This document shows, piece by piece, positions 1-14,110 of a stretch of DNA of 64,000 nt. Below the pieces are notes generated by a model. The model was not told where the DNA came from, searched no databases, and saw only the letters and a list, made by a program, of their open reading frames with translations. Position 1 is the stretch's first letter. Each line of letters opens with the position of its first letter. The translations under genes and the position numbers were made by a program. Source of the stretch: Selaginella moellendorffii (lineage: Eukaryota; Plantae; Lycopodiophyta); contig NW_003314327.1 of the NCBI RefSeq assembly GCF_000143415.4, forward strand, positions 326,851-390,850. Direction: 5' to 3'.

Positions 1-1399
1 GGTGTTGGTCATGGGATCGGACACGTGGAGGACTTGGACCAAGTGCACGAAGTTGAGTGGCAGGGGTGCCATTCTCGGGCCTAGTAAGCCCAAGTCCAAA
101 ATAGTACTTACGGAGGTTGTGAGTGAGACTCCTCCAAGTGGTCGGAGGTGCGGTTAAGTGACTAAAGTAAAATGGAAAATTTAGTCGCTTACATTGTGAA
201 CCCGCTAACTTGACCTCAAGCCATCACGTCTTGGCATATTTGGTGTCTCCATACCATTAGCTCTACGAATTTACCTTTATGACACTTTTTATTTGTGTCT
301 AGGTCTTTGCTAAGACCAAAACTGCCAACTATCCGTTAGCATTACACCATATAGTTTAGACACAATTTTGTGTCAAAATTGCTTTCTTCTGATAACCTTT
401 TTTCCATAACTTTAGTATGGCACATTCTGCTATCACTAAGATACCCACTATTCTCACACTTAAATCTTATGATCCTCCCCATCCTTCGTGGGGCTCAATG
501 CACCTTAGTCCAAATGTTTTTTACTAATCCCTTAGGACCATTCTTTGACTCTACTTAAATCATCCAACATTTTTGGACTTTGCTAATCCAATGACCTATA
601 AGGTCTTATCTTGAGGTGTCAGCTCACTAGAATACAACTTCGTGTATTCATGTCTTACTCATAAGGACCTATTTTCCCGTTCCTTGTGGGCTACTTTTGC
701 CCTTTAGGACTATCCGTCCATATGATAAGAATACCAACTCATCCTCTAAGCACACCCCTAACTCCTTGGGTTTGTTCCAGCATTTATAAAAGGTAGCCCT
801 CGCTACCATTTCAAGGACTTATGTCTTCATATATATTTGACCTCCCACGGCTATCAATTCTAGTCTCAAATTCATGAGCACCAGCCTCAACTATATGAGG
901 GTAATCTTGTGACTCTTTTAGTTTCGAGCTTGTCCCAGAGACTAACTCTTGGTATTAAGGGAGGCTTGGGGTGAAAGCCCAAAGTGTGTGTTCCTCAGGG
1001 GGGGTTATGGGGGGTTTCAAATGTATAGTAGGGATAGTGATTGGAATGCATATCCGACCATCTAAGACATTAGCTTGGCTCCCATTGGGCTATGTCGCTT
1101 CTTGTTCTACATCCGACTTGGGTCTAAGCCCAAACTCCATGCTGCTCTAATTGGTGGGGTACCCTCCTCCTCACGTTAGGCCACCAGTATGCCAAAATTG
1201 TGCCAAACTCCATCTGACACCATTTTGCATGCAGATGCTAGATACGGGGAGCTGATGCTCGTGGGATTGTACCGGACCCTCATTTTGTAGCGCAACAAGC
1301 TTGGAGTTCAACTCTAAATTCATGTGCACTACAAAAGTGTTCAATTCAAGATCAAGGATATGATGGTAGGCATTTTGAATATATACTCTTTAGCTGACT

Positions 1400-1850
1400 A
1401 TTTTTGAGAGAGAGCTCAATTTTCCAAGTTTAATATGCTCTACAAAATCATTGCAAAAGCATTGGTTAAGAAATTGATACTAATTTTACTAGAGACTATA
1501 CATGGCAGATAATGGAAGGGAGATAGCTAGTGGATACTATGCTTTTAACACAAGAACAAGTTACGGACGAGGAATTACAAATGGCTTTGATTCTTTTAGA
1601 CTATGAAAGTGTATGATAGTTGGGTATTCTTGCAGGCAGCCACTCTATATCAAGATGTAGTTTGTAAAGTTACAATAAAGGACAATTTAAAACCTCTTTC
1701 ATTAGAAGTCTACTAAGTGTGTGTTGGCTTAATTTGTCTTTCTTTTAGTGGTTAATGCCCAAACACACTACTTGTTGAGACTCATTGCAAGACAAACCAA
1801 GGGCCAACTTAAATTTAGTGCCTTTGTAGATGATATAGGAGTAGTTACCT
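1400..1850 (+). mobile_element. Degenerate LINE (L1-like) reverse transcriptase remnant
   Basis: Broken translations give MLYKIIAKALVKKL..ILLETI, GR*LVDTMLL, MALILLDYE and AFVDDIG, matching L1 RT motifs (YKIIAKxL, LDxEKAYD, YADD); many stops and frameshifts; CpG-depleted. Confidence 0.7.
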
Positions 1851-1928
1851 TGCTTTAATTTATTAAAGAGTACCTGCCTCTTTTAATTATTTTAATGTAA
1901 TATTATAAAAGTATAAAAATAAAAACAC

Positions 1929-1960
1929 ATAATAATAATAATAATAATAATAACAATAAT
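1929..1960. repeat. (AAT)n microsatellite
   Basis: Run of aataataat..., seen directly. Confidence 0.9.
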
Positions 1961-3122
1961 ATTGAGAAGTTATTTACAAATGTAGGAAAGTTTAAACTAG
2001 AGATTGATAGGATTTAATTAGATTTTTTTTGTTAGTGTATTTAGTCTAAGCTTGTGAAAGAATATTATTTATTTATTTTGGCTCTTTCACTAGTATAAAT
2101 TAACTGGTGTAATTCTGTTTAATCATTCACATAGTTATGTCTAACTTGTACTTGTCACCCAATCCTATTACTTTTTGCTGTCAAGGAATTGCCATTGACA
2201 GCTGATAGTTGAGGGTTTTCAGTAAAGTGAGGTTTTGTTTTGTTTTTTTTTTCCTTAGATTATATAAAAATATTATAGTATGATATTTAAGAAAAATTAA
2301 ACCAAGCAGGATCATTATGCACACAGCAATTTATTTATACTATCTCTAGTAATCCTAATATAAACCCTGTTTACTTTTAGAGCCATTCCATGGTTGTAGT
2401 GTATATCAAGCAATGCTACTATGTGGTTGAATGACCTGAAAAAATAGGTGTGCTGTAATTCTTGCTAATTTTAGTGGTAACAAGGCCAATATTAAATGCC
2501 ACCCCTTTGAACAAAACAGCTGCTCAATTAAGTAGGGATTGGTTGAGTCAAGGATAGCTTCTCTTGATGGAATTCTAACTTGTTAACATACCAATCTACC
2601 TCAGATACAATGCTTGAGAAAGATCTAATAAATTGGAACATAATGTTAGATATCTCTCAACGAATGGTTATAGGTGACAAACCATGGATCATTTCAACTT
2701 GATGCTAAATGAGATCTTATTCATGGTGGTTTTCATCACATGTAGTAACATAAGTTAACTTCATCAAACTCGAGAGAAGGAATTGATATGGAATAGGACA
2801 TAGTGATCTGGAATTGCTTAGTGCTTCAAAACTGTATTAAAATAAATTGGGAAGGGAAACTTACTGTCAAGAGCTCTATAAGTGACGCCACAGTGTTGGT
2901 GGTGAAGCTGGAATTGCCGCTATACGCAATCGCCATAATCGAAATGATATAATTTGTTGCACTTAGTAGCAACGTTTGGTTTGCTATAAAACAATTAAAA
3001 ACATTCCGTGAAATTCAGATTTATTTATGTCTCACTAAAAATAGAGACTTCACTTCCTTGTAAAATTCTATGGCCACTCTTCCCTTAATTCCTAGCATGG
3101 GTTTTAATGCCTCTATGCCAAA

Positions 3123-3329
3123 GTGACGGGCTTCGAAGTCTTCGTGGTTTACAACCAGTATGACACTCAGATCTGGAGCAGCAACAAGCCCCGCCCCGCC
3201 AATAACAACGCCAAACTCGTGGTGATGGATGACACCGGCATTGGAACTCCGATCACCCACAGTGACACCGCGCAGGCCTTCACGCTCATGAAACCGGGGC
3301 TTGAGAATTCCAGAGCCGCCTTGAAATAA
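3123..3329 (+). pseudogene. Possible bulb-type (B) lectin domain fragment
   Basis: FVVYNQYDTQIWSSNKPRPANNNAKLVVMDDTG resembles B-lectin 'LVLY....IWSS.......A.LVL.DDG'; no complete gene found. Confidence 0.35.
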
Positions 3330-3491
3330 TATGGAAGTGGCACGCCTTGTATGCAATAAGAAATGGAGATGCCATAATGTTCCTAGAAAGCATGAGAAAC
3401 TCTGGAAAGAGATCGCGTGAATATCGACATATACGGTGCTTACATTTGCTTGGGAACCTGTAGTGTACTATAGTGGTAGCCGCTGCCACTG

Positions 3492-4584
3492 TTAAGGAGG
3501 CCTTTCTCCAGCATTTATCTTCTTCAATCTCTCCTCCTCCAGTTTCATTGTGTCCTCCGCAGCCTTGACTGCCTTTTCCCTCTCGCGCTCGGCTTCTTGT
3601 GCCAGGTTCTTGATCTCAGTCATGAATCTAAACAGCGTCTTGGCTGCTTTTGTTTTCCTGCCAAGCCAAAGAAATAGAGCAACAATTTAACTTGCCCAGT
3701 TATAAGATCCACAAGCTACCTTGTCTCCACAACGTCTGCAAGGGCCGGGTCTGTTGTCCTCTCGGCATGGTCTACTACTCGCGTTACAGCCTCTCTGTAC
3801 ATCTGTTCTAGCTCGCTCCAGTCCGATCCACAGGCCTGGCGAAAAGAAAAAAAAGAAAGAAAGAAAAAATCGCCAACTTGAGGAGAAAGAAAGCCGAGAC
3901 AAACCTCAGATGCCAAGAGGAGAGAATAGTAGACGTCATGGATGAGAGTGTCTCGGTCATAGTGATCTTTTCCCATCCTTGACTTGTTCCTATAGTCTTG
4001 AATGCTCCGCGTAAAAATGCCTTTCTCGAAGTCGCCAAACTTGAGCGCCTCGGAGCACACTGACTGGCTCATGACTAGAACGGCGTCGAGTGGAATGCTG
4101 CTGCGCTCTATATCAATCTGTGTATTCCTGAGATAGCATAAGACATCACACACAACCAAGCGCAAAAAGCTGGACAAAGAAAAACTTACCATTCTCTTTC
4201 CCGTGTAGCGACCAGCGGCAGCAAGCTCGTTCTTGTATCCGGCCAGGTAAAGGTAGTACACTCTCCTCAACGCTGCAAAGAATAAAAACAATCGTGGAGA
4301 AATTTGAAAGACAAAATCGTAAGGTCGCAGCCACTAAAACTCATTCGATTTCGCAAGCCGTGTCTAGAAACCAAGAATTGAGAGATCTTACCGTCAAACA
4401 AATGCTCCACGGGCGATTTCCCAGTCTTGCGAAGATCCTCGAGCACGCCGGTCTCGTGCTTATCGGCGTAGCCCTTGCGCACCATATGGATGCCCTGCGA
4501 GAGCGCCGCGAATCCAGTCTTGGTGGCATTGAACAGCATCCCCACCCCCTTCTTGGCGGCGTATGCTGCCGATCCAGACGCCAT
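3492..4584 (-). CDS. Hypothetical protein, 5 exons, C-terminal coiled coil
   Basis: Phase-consistent GT-AG exons (about 4584-4392, 4272-4190, 4117-3906, 3835-3720, 3658-3492), running MASGSAAYAAKKG...EEERLKKINAGERPP*; no family recognised. Confidence 0.65.
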
Positions 4585-4867
4585 AGCCCTCCCTCCCCTC
4601 CCAAAACCCTATCATTTAAAATTTCCCGCAAGAGAAGGTAGAATATTCTAAAAGCGGAATATGACGAGGGATATACTGTCAGCAACAGCCCGGAATATGG
4701 TGCTACCAGAATGAAATATACCGTCAACGAACGAATGAATTGAATTAAAAAGAACAAAAAGACGCAGTTCTTATCAAAGTTCTCTCAAAGGATCTCGAAA
4801 ATTCACGCTCTCGGAAATCCTCTTTATTCCCCACCCATTAATCCCAGCCGCGCGGTGAAAAAGCATG

Positions 4868-5335
4868 TCAGGAGTTCTGCTTGAGAAAGGCGATTAGATC
4901 CGCTCGTTCCTGCGGCTTCTTCAATCCCGGGAAGATCATCTTGGTTCCTGGAATGTACTGGAGAAAACCCGCCACGAAAAAAAAAGCGTGTTTTTTCGGG
5001 AGCAAAAAATCGCAGTGCTTACCTTCTTGGGATTCAAGAGGTACTCGTAGAGCGTCTCCTCGCTCCACTCCACAGCCTTGTTCTTGTTGGCCGCCGAGAA
5101 GCTAAACCCGGGGCAAGTCCCAGAAGTTCTCCCAATCAAACCATGGAGATTGGGGCCTGGAAACAAACAGCCAAAAGAAATGTTAGTGATCCCGCCCAGA
5201 GAAATCTCTATCGCTTCGATTACCTTGCCTGTGCCCAGCTCCCTCCTCCACGACATGGCACTGCGCGCACTTCATCTTGAAGATCTTCTCGCCGTTCTTC
5301 GGGTTCCCAGCCGGGGCGTCTCCGAAAGTCGCCAT
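4868..5335 (-). CDS. CYTC: Mitochondrial cytochrome c (3 exons)
   Basis: [27 protein letters not shown] (CxxCH haem motif), [31 protein letters not shown]. Confidence 0.97.
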
Positions 5336-5625
5336 TCCCCTCGCTTTTCCCTAGACCCTGGGAGGAGATCGCGATGCGCGAATGAGAGGAGGATCGAGAA
5401 TCCATGGATCCATACCTGGAAATCGCAGATCGATGCCGCAGCTCCGAGCTACTGAGAACCACAAAGACCTAAACACTGTTTCGATTCCATTACGCTTTCC
5501 TCGTGTCGGAAATTTAGTCGATATTTCCTTGACACGTGGGCGGCTTGGATGCGACCCACGAGCTTCTAGGGTTTTCTCGAGCTTAGGGTTCTTGGGCGCC
5601 CGGTAGCTAGGGTTTGGGGGGCGCC
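5336..5625. promoter_or_regulatory. Bidirectional promoter (cytochrome c / CWC21) with telo-boxes and a G-box
   Basis: TAGGGTT at about 5567, 5585 and 5608; CACGTG at about 5533; lies between divergent start codons. Confidence 0.65.
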
Positions 5626-7024
5626 ATGTACAACGGGATCGGTCTCCAGACGCCGCGAGGCTCAGGTACGAATGGCTACATCCAGGCGAACAAATTCCAT
5701 GTCCGGGCGCGGGCGGGGAAGATCGAGGCCAAGGAGTATCTGCCGGGCGAGGGCACGGGAGGAGTGAGCAAGAAGGCCAACAAGGAGATTTTGGAGCACG
5801 ACCGAATGCGCAAGATCGAGGTCCGGCTCGTGGAGCTGGAGGAGGAAATGCTGGAGAATGGCTTCACCAATGACGAGATTCTGGCCAAGCTCGCCGAGAC
5901 TCGCAAGGAGCTGGAACTGGAGAGCAGCCGAGAGGCGTCTTTGAACGACAAGTGAGTCTCTAGTTTCTGCCTAGAAGGGTCTGATATGATCTTCTGGATT
6001 TTCTTTTTCTTGCAGGGTGTCCGAGACCCAGACGCATCAGATCGCCGCTCGCAAGGAGCAGAAAATGGACGTTTTGAGGAGCGCGCTAAAGTCCGAGGGA
6101 ATGCAGCCGGGGGAGGCGTTCGATCGAGCTCTTCAGGAGGAAAAGCGGCAGGAATCAAAGAGAAAGAGGGACGAGGATCGAAAGTTGCGTGACAAGGAGG
6201 TCGAAGAACACAAGCGGCGAGCAGAGAAGAAAAGAAAGGAGGACGAGCGTGCCGCCAAAGACGAGCAGAAAAGGAACGAAGAGGAGCGAGAGAGGCACAG
6301 GGCCAGAGATCGAGACGAGCGCAAGGAGCGAGATCGCGAGAGAGACGAGCCGCGGAGGGATCGAGGGGAGCGCAGGGACAGGGACAGGAAAGAGAGAGAC
6401 AGGGACGAAGTCAAGGAGAAAGAGAAAGAAGAAGATGGTGACGAACGCAAGGACCGAGATCCCGCTGCTAGAGACGAGCGTGAAGACGACCGAAAGCTGC
6501 GAGAGAGGGATCTCAAAGATGACCGCAAGGAAAGAAGCAGGGAAGAACGCAAAGAGAGGGACCGAGACGACCGAAAAGAGCGTGAGAAAGAGAGTTTCAG
6601 GGACGAGCGCAAGGAACGTGAGAAAGAGAGAGGCCGGGACGAGGAGCGCAAAGAGAGAGCCCGAGACGAAGAGCGCAAAGAGAGAGTCCGGGACGAAGAA
6701 CGCAAAGAGAGAGCCCGAGACGAAGAGCGCAAAGAGAGAGTCCGGGAGGAAGAACGCAAAGAAAGAGGCCGAGATGACGAACACAAGGACAGAGGCCGAG
6801 ACGAGGATCGCAAAGAAAGAAGCCGAGACGACGAGCGCAAAGAAAGAAGCCGAGACGATGATCGCAAAGAAAGAGAGCGAGAGCGAGAGCGCGACCGAGA
6901 AGATCGAGAGAAAGAGGAAATGGAAGACGATGCTGCTGTTCGCGGGAGATGGTCTCCACCTGGAAGTGATAGCAGTGACTATGAAGATCGACGCAGCAGG
7001 CACCATAGGAGGAGCCGGAGGTAA
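5626..7024 (+). CDS. CWC21: Pre-mRNA splicing factor CWC21/SRRM2-like (cwf21 domain plus charged R/E/D tail), 2 exons
   Basis: Conserved N-terminus MYNGIGLQTPRGSGTNGYIQAN and EILEHDRMRKIEV; intron 5952-6016; second exon begins SETQTHQIAARKE. Confidence 0.93.
6635..6880 (+). repeat. Coding 27-nt tandem repeat (about 9 copies of RDEERKERx)
   Basis: RDEERKERA/RDEERKERV/REEERKERG/RDDERKERS units in the CWC21 tail. Confidence 0.85.
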
Positions 7025-7254
7025 ACCACAAAAAAAAAAAAAGTTTTTGAGCTTTTGTGTGTAGCTAGCTACGTACTGGTTTGTTCTCAAGGTAGTGAAA
7101 AACGAGCTTTTTGTTCAAAGCTACCGAGCTTGATCTTCGAGAAGATCTCTATCTTGTGAAGGATTTAAGTTTGAGGTAGCGAAAATGCGAGCTTTGCCAC
7201 CAAGAAGCGATTCTTCTGGAGAGAATCTTGATTTGAGCTTTGCGGTCCTTTGTT

Positions 7255-7911
7255 CTACCATTTTTCTCGCGGGATCTCTCCAGAGTGAACAATCCGGACG
7301 ACTTTTCTAGGGCGGCCGCTATAGCTGCCGGATCCTTCCGCCATGTAGACGACGTCCATGCCGCTCAAGACCCTCCCAAACACTGCGTGTTGGCCGTCGA
7401 GCCAGCTCGCCTTGACGGTGGTGATGAAGAACTGGGACGTGCTCACACCGCTAGCCGTCGATGCGTTGTTTACCATGGAGAGAACCCCAGCGTGATCGTG
7501 ATGGAGCTTGAAATTCTCGTTCCGGAATGCTCCCCCCGGGTAGATCGACTCGCCGCCGCGGCCATCGCCGCGTGTGATGTCGCCCCCCTGGATCATGAAG
7601 CCCGGGATTATCCTGTGGAAGATCGTCCCCTTGTAGTGGAGGCGCTTGCCGCTGGATCCCTTGCCGCGCTCGCCAGTGCACAGCGCCCGGAAATTCTCGA
7701 CGGTCCTGGGCAGGATCGAGCCGTGCAGGCCCAGGACGATCTTCCCTGCTCGCTGCCCGTCAATGTCGACATCGAAGAATACCTGGTGAGTGACGGTCGG
7801 ATCGCTGGGGGATCGAGTTGCGGCGATTGAGAGCGTGATGAGTAGCACAAGAACGACGGCTAGTCCCAGGATTGCCCAGATCTTGTGATTCTTCCTCGCT
7901 CCATTCTCCAT
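7255..7911 (-). CDS. Cyclophilin-type peptidyl-prolyl isomerase with N-terminal signal/TM segment, intronless
   Basis: VTHQVFFDVDI, PRTVENFRALCTGE, FHRIIPGFMIQGGD, SQFFITT, WLDGQHAVFGRV; hydrophobic N-terminus. Confidence 0.95.
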   Translation of the reverse strand: MENGARKNHKIWAILGLAVVLVLLITLSIAATRSPSDPTVTHQVFFDVDIDGQRAGKIVLGLHGSILPRTVENFRALCTGERGKGSSGKRLHYKGTIFHRIIPGFMIQGGDITRGDGRGGESIYPGGAFRNENFKLHHDHAGVLSMVNNASTASGVSTSQFFITTVKASWLDGQHAVFGRVLSGMDVVYMAEGSGSYSGRPRKVVRIVHSGEIPREKW

Positions 7912-7949
7912 GATTTAGGGTTCTTGCTTGGCATGTTGTAAGAAATCTG

Positions 7950-8070
7950 AGCCGTTCATTCAAAAGCATTAAAAGTCATCGGAGCCGTTCGTTGTGTTTT
8001 CTCAATCCTGGCCGTTCGCTTAAATTGGGGCTCAATTAATTCAAATGGACCTTGTCAATCTTGGCCGTTC
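7950..8070 (-). promoter_or_regulatory. Four GAACGG(C) MSA-like MYB sites upstream of the cyclophilin
   Basis: CCGTTC at 7952, 7985, 8012 and 8065, all in the same orientation, within 160 bp of the ATG. Confidence 0.5.
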
Positions 8071-8179
8071 GCTTACAATAAGGCTCATCTCGGCCATTAA
8101 TTCAAAAACCATGGGATGGAAGGAATTGGGATGGAAGGAATGGAAATGAAATGGAATGGAAGACCGACCCAATTCTTTT

Positions 8180-9037
8180 CTACTGGGCCTTCTTGCTCTT
8201 CTTGGTTTGCGGCTTCTTCCTCACGTAGATCTTGATGTAGTAATTTGTGAGTAGCAGCATGAGCGCGAGATAGAAGACCGCATTGGCGGCGAGCGGCTCC
8301 ATCCCGGAGCACTTGGCGGATTTCTGGCGAACAAGCAGCGCCACCCACGCCGCCGCCGCGATGCCGATCGCGAACTGGAGGATCTGCGCGAGCGTCACGA
8401 ATTCCTTCACGGGAGGGTCGAATCCGAGGCTGGAGAGGAGGAAGTAGGAGTAGAGCAGCGTCTGGATGGCGGTGTTGACGAGCAGGAAGATCACCTGGAG
8501 CGATTGCGCGGTGTGGAGCCAGAGGAAGCAGATTATCGGGTTGCCGGCGTGCTGGATCGCGTGGAAGAGCGTGAGGCGGCGCTTGCGAAGAACAATGATG
8601 AGGGTATCGAGGAGCTCCACGAACTTGGAGAGGTAGAAGGCGTAGGACCAGAAGAAGATCCGCCCCACAGGGCGAGTCTCCACCGGGAAGCAAAAGAGCC
8701 AGTCGATGCCGCCGCTGGCTTTCCACAGCCAGGAGCTCTGCTCGTGCTCCACCAGCGTCGCCTGGAGGCATCCGGCGAAAATCGCCACCGATCCGGCGAG
8801 GAGAGCGAGATTATGGAGGATCTGGAGCGGGCCGAGAGGGATTGGAGATCGCCGGAGGCTCGTCAGGAACTTCAGGACAAGAATCGCCGCCGCGTAGATC
8901 CCCAATGCCGAGATCACGAATCCCCATGAGGCGCCCAGCGTGTGATCTTCGTCCCAGCGGAAGTGGGAGACCATGGGATGGTCCGCGGCATAGTACCTGA
9001 TCGTCGCCAAGAGCTGATCCACTGGAGCCATAGCCAT
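8180..9037 (-). CDS. GNS1/SUR4 (ELO) fatty-acid elongase, HOS3-like, intronless
   Basis: FYLSKFVELLDTLIIVLRK, LTLFHAIQH (variant histidine box), multiple TM segments, C-terminal KKxx-like ER signal. Confidence 0.92.
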   Translation of the reverse strand: MAMAPVDQLLATIRYYAADHPMVSHFRWDEDHTLGASWGFVISALGIYAAAILVLKFLTSLRRSPIPLGPLQILHNLALLAGSVAIFAGCLQATLVEHEQSSWLWKASGGIDWLFCFPVETRPVGRIFFWSYAFYLSKFVELLDTLIIVLRKRRLTLFHAIQHAGNPIICFLWLHTAQSLQVIFLLVNTAIQTLLYSYFLLSSLGFDPPVKEFVTLAQILQFAIGIAAAAWVALLVRQKSAKCSGMEPLAANAVFYLALMLLLTNYYIKIYVRKKPQTKKSKKAQ

Positions 9038-9149
9038 CGCCTCGCCGAGCTTTCTCCCTCTCTCTCTCTAGCTATCCCTCTCGAGTTTTAATGGCAGGGC
9101 CAGAGAAGAGAGTTTAAATTTTAGGGCTTTACAAAGCCCTAAACCTTCG

Positions 9150-11725
<2,576 letters not shown>

Positions 11726-11830
11726 CTGGACCCATTTAACTCCGCAATCACTGTATGCTTCAATGCTGGAAATAATATTAGTGTTAAAATTAAGTTTAAT
11801 AATATTAATATTAATTTAATTACGAACATG

Positions 11831-11904
11831 CATTAGAAAGAGTGATTGAACCTCAGACCTTATGGTTAACAGCCACTCTGTCTAACCAATTAAGCTATTC
11901 TAGC
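11831..11904 (-). pseudogene. tRNA-Asn(GTT) pseudogene
   Basis: Reverse complement GCTAGAATAGCTTAATTGGTTAGACAGAGTGGCTGTTAACCATAAGGTCTGAGGTTCAATCACTCTTTCTAATG is collinear with plant tRNA-Asn; many C>T and G>A changes weaken the stems. Confidence 0.8.
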
Positions 11905-13750
11905 TATATAATAATTAAAATGATAAAGTTAATATAAATGAATAAAACTAAAGTATTCTAAAATATACTAATTACATTTATAAATCATAATTTTTCAACC
12001 AATAGGATATATATGTATTAATATAATTTACCTTTAATTTTATCACTAAAAGTAAATAAATATTTAATTTACATCTAAACAACCATACAATATTTTAGCC
12101 ATATACATAAGCATGATAAAACAAACTAGAAGTAAACCTTAGCCTAGCTTCCTAACTATAAAGCATTTTAACTTTAAATTCCTATATCATAAAATATTTA
12201 TAAAACATTTGTGGTTTGTATCATTCTCTTTTCTTTCATAAATTAGTCATAAATAATAACTTTAACAAGCTAAATAAACTTAATATAAAGTGAGTCTAAA
12301 GCAATATGGCCATGGAAAAAAAAATGTGCATATGGCAACACTAATATTATGACAAATGGCCACAAATGAAAGAAAATAATATAGCTTTCTTGCATGATAA
12401 TAGGTATGAAAAAAAAAATGAGAATAGAGTAACAAAAATTTAAATCATAAAGCAATATGGCTAATTTTCTCCTTCCTTAAGAATGTTATCTAAATTATAA
12501 TTAAAACATGGAAACATTTTCTTCATGTTGATCCTCAAATTTTTATGTAATTTTTTCTATAGAATAACCATTCTATTGAACCAAAAACTTTTTAATTTTT
12601 TTGAAGTGTGACTTTTGACCTCAAATATTAACTAAACCAACTTTCTCAACATTAACCTTTAGAACTTGGATGATAGATTGATTCATGATATCAATAAAGT
12701 GTTAATACATTTTAATTTTACTCACATAAAAAGTTAAATAAATCTTTAAAATAAGTAGCAAATCCAAAGTGTATTTCTATAAATATTCCTGAGTTTATAT
12801 CATAAAAGTTCAAGTATCATGCAACAAATTAAGATGGCTTTTGCATATCTCAATGCATTTAAAGTATATTTCAAGGATCTGTTGTTTGCAATATGAAACA
12901 ACTTCTTAATCATTACAGCGTAAAAAGTGCTTTAATAAAAGTGATGTTATTGAGCTAAAAACCTTCTATCACAAATGTGATTTAAAAATATTTATTGGTC
13001 AATTCTTTTAGACATTTTCCTTTTATTATCATAACAGTAAGAGATTAATAATTAGTCCCCTTTATTAGCCCTTCTTGTGCTAGTGGAGTTAATTAGATAT
13101 TTCAAGTGGATATACATTGGGCAAGTATAAAGCATATAAACACCCTTAGCTTAGTAAGGAGTTTTTATCTTGTTATGTTTTGCATTAACTAATGACAAAA
13201 ACTATCACATATTAAACATAGTCTTTTAATATCATTACATGATAGATTATTGTACCATCAAACACCCTCATTATCATGCTAGTGACTCCTAATTCACAAT
13301 CTAAAACCATTCTATATTTGATACAAAGATTAAGTGAAATCCCAAAACAAGCTTTTATATAAAGGTTGTAAAGGGTCCAAATGTATAACAAAGATAATGG
13401 TCAGAAGCATGGCCAATCACTTAAGATATTAGTCTGGCTCTTGTCAAGTTGTCTCTTTGTTTTGTAATTAGCTTATAGATATCCACCTCTTTACATTAGA
13501 CCACCAATATGTTAAAATTTTGTTTGACATTGTTTTGCATAGAAAAGCTAGATTTAATGAGTTATTGAGTGCATTTTAAACCCTCATTTCATATCATAAT
13601 AGGCTTTAAATTCAACTCCAAATTCAAGTGCACTACACTTTCCCAATACTTCAAAACTAGTAAAAGATATATTTATTAAGATTAAACAGTTAGAATTTAT
13701 TGTTTAGCTTAGTAAAAGCAATTGTTGACAAAGAATATTTTAAATTTGTA
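11905..13750. mobile_element. Very AT-rich, CpG-depleted island, probably a decayed transposon
   Basis: Composition only; no recognisable coding motif. Confidence 0.4.
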
Positions 13751-13762
13751 TGATTAGTATAA

Positions 13763-13824
13763 GCTCCCTCCAGAGCGTTGGTCTTATGACTCGAAGGTCA
13801 TGAGTTCGAATCTCACTAGGAGCA
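13763..13824 (+). pseudogene. tRNA-Ile(TAT) pseudogene lacking most of the D-arm
   Basis: GCTCCC..AGAGCGTTGGTCTTATGACTCGAAGGTCATGAGTTCGAATCTCACTAGGAGCA matches plant tRNA-Ile(UAU) from the 3' D-stem onward; the A-box segment is deleted. Confidence 0.75.
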
Positions 13825-13852
13825 CCTCTTCGGAGATACAAGCTTTCACAGC

Positions 13853-14110
13853 TTGATCGTTTTGTTGCAAGGCATTACACCGATGGGCGAGATGTGGTCT
13901 CCTACAGCACTAACACTTCTGCAAGCTGGAGTGTCTTCCCCAGCAACCTCAGACTTTGATAGGCTGATCACCACATCTGACTACGATCAGGTTGGCCTTG
14001 GTAGCAACCGGGTTAACGGGTTCTCTTGGATCGTCCAGCTGCCGCAGTTGCCTTGTCGCCACCAAGAATTTGATCCGCCCAGAACAAAGCCTATGAAAAC
14101 TTTAGAATAG
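13853..14110 (+). pseudogene. Eroded duplicate of the Gnk2/DUF26 gene
   Basis: FDRLITTSDYDQVGLGSNRVNGFS versus FDRLITTTGYDHVGSGSNRVYGFS at 14970-15040; deletions and frameshifts; downstream flank 14115-14460 also matches 15185-16085. Confidence 0.85.

Noticed and set aside
1-1300. Assigning the first 1.3 kb to a specific transposon family
   Set aside because: It looks like decayed repeat DNA, but no diagnostic protein motif or terminus could be read.
6133-7090. Long antisense and alternate-frame ORFs (SRLLSLRS repeats) over CWC21
   Set aside because: By-product of the purine-rich repeat, which lacks stop codons in other frames.
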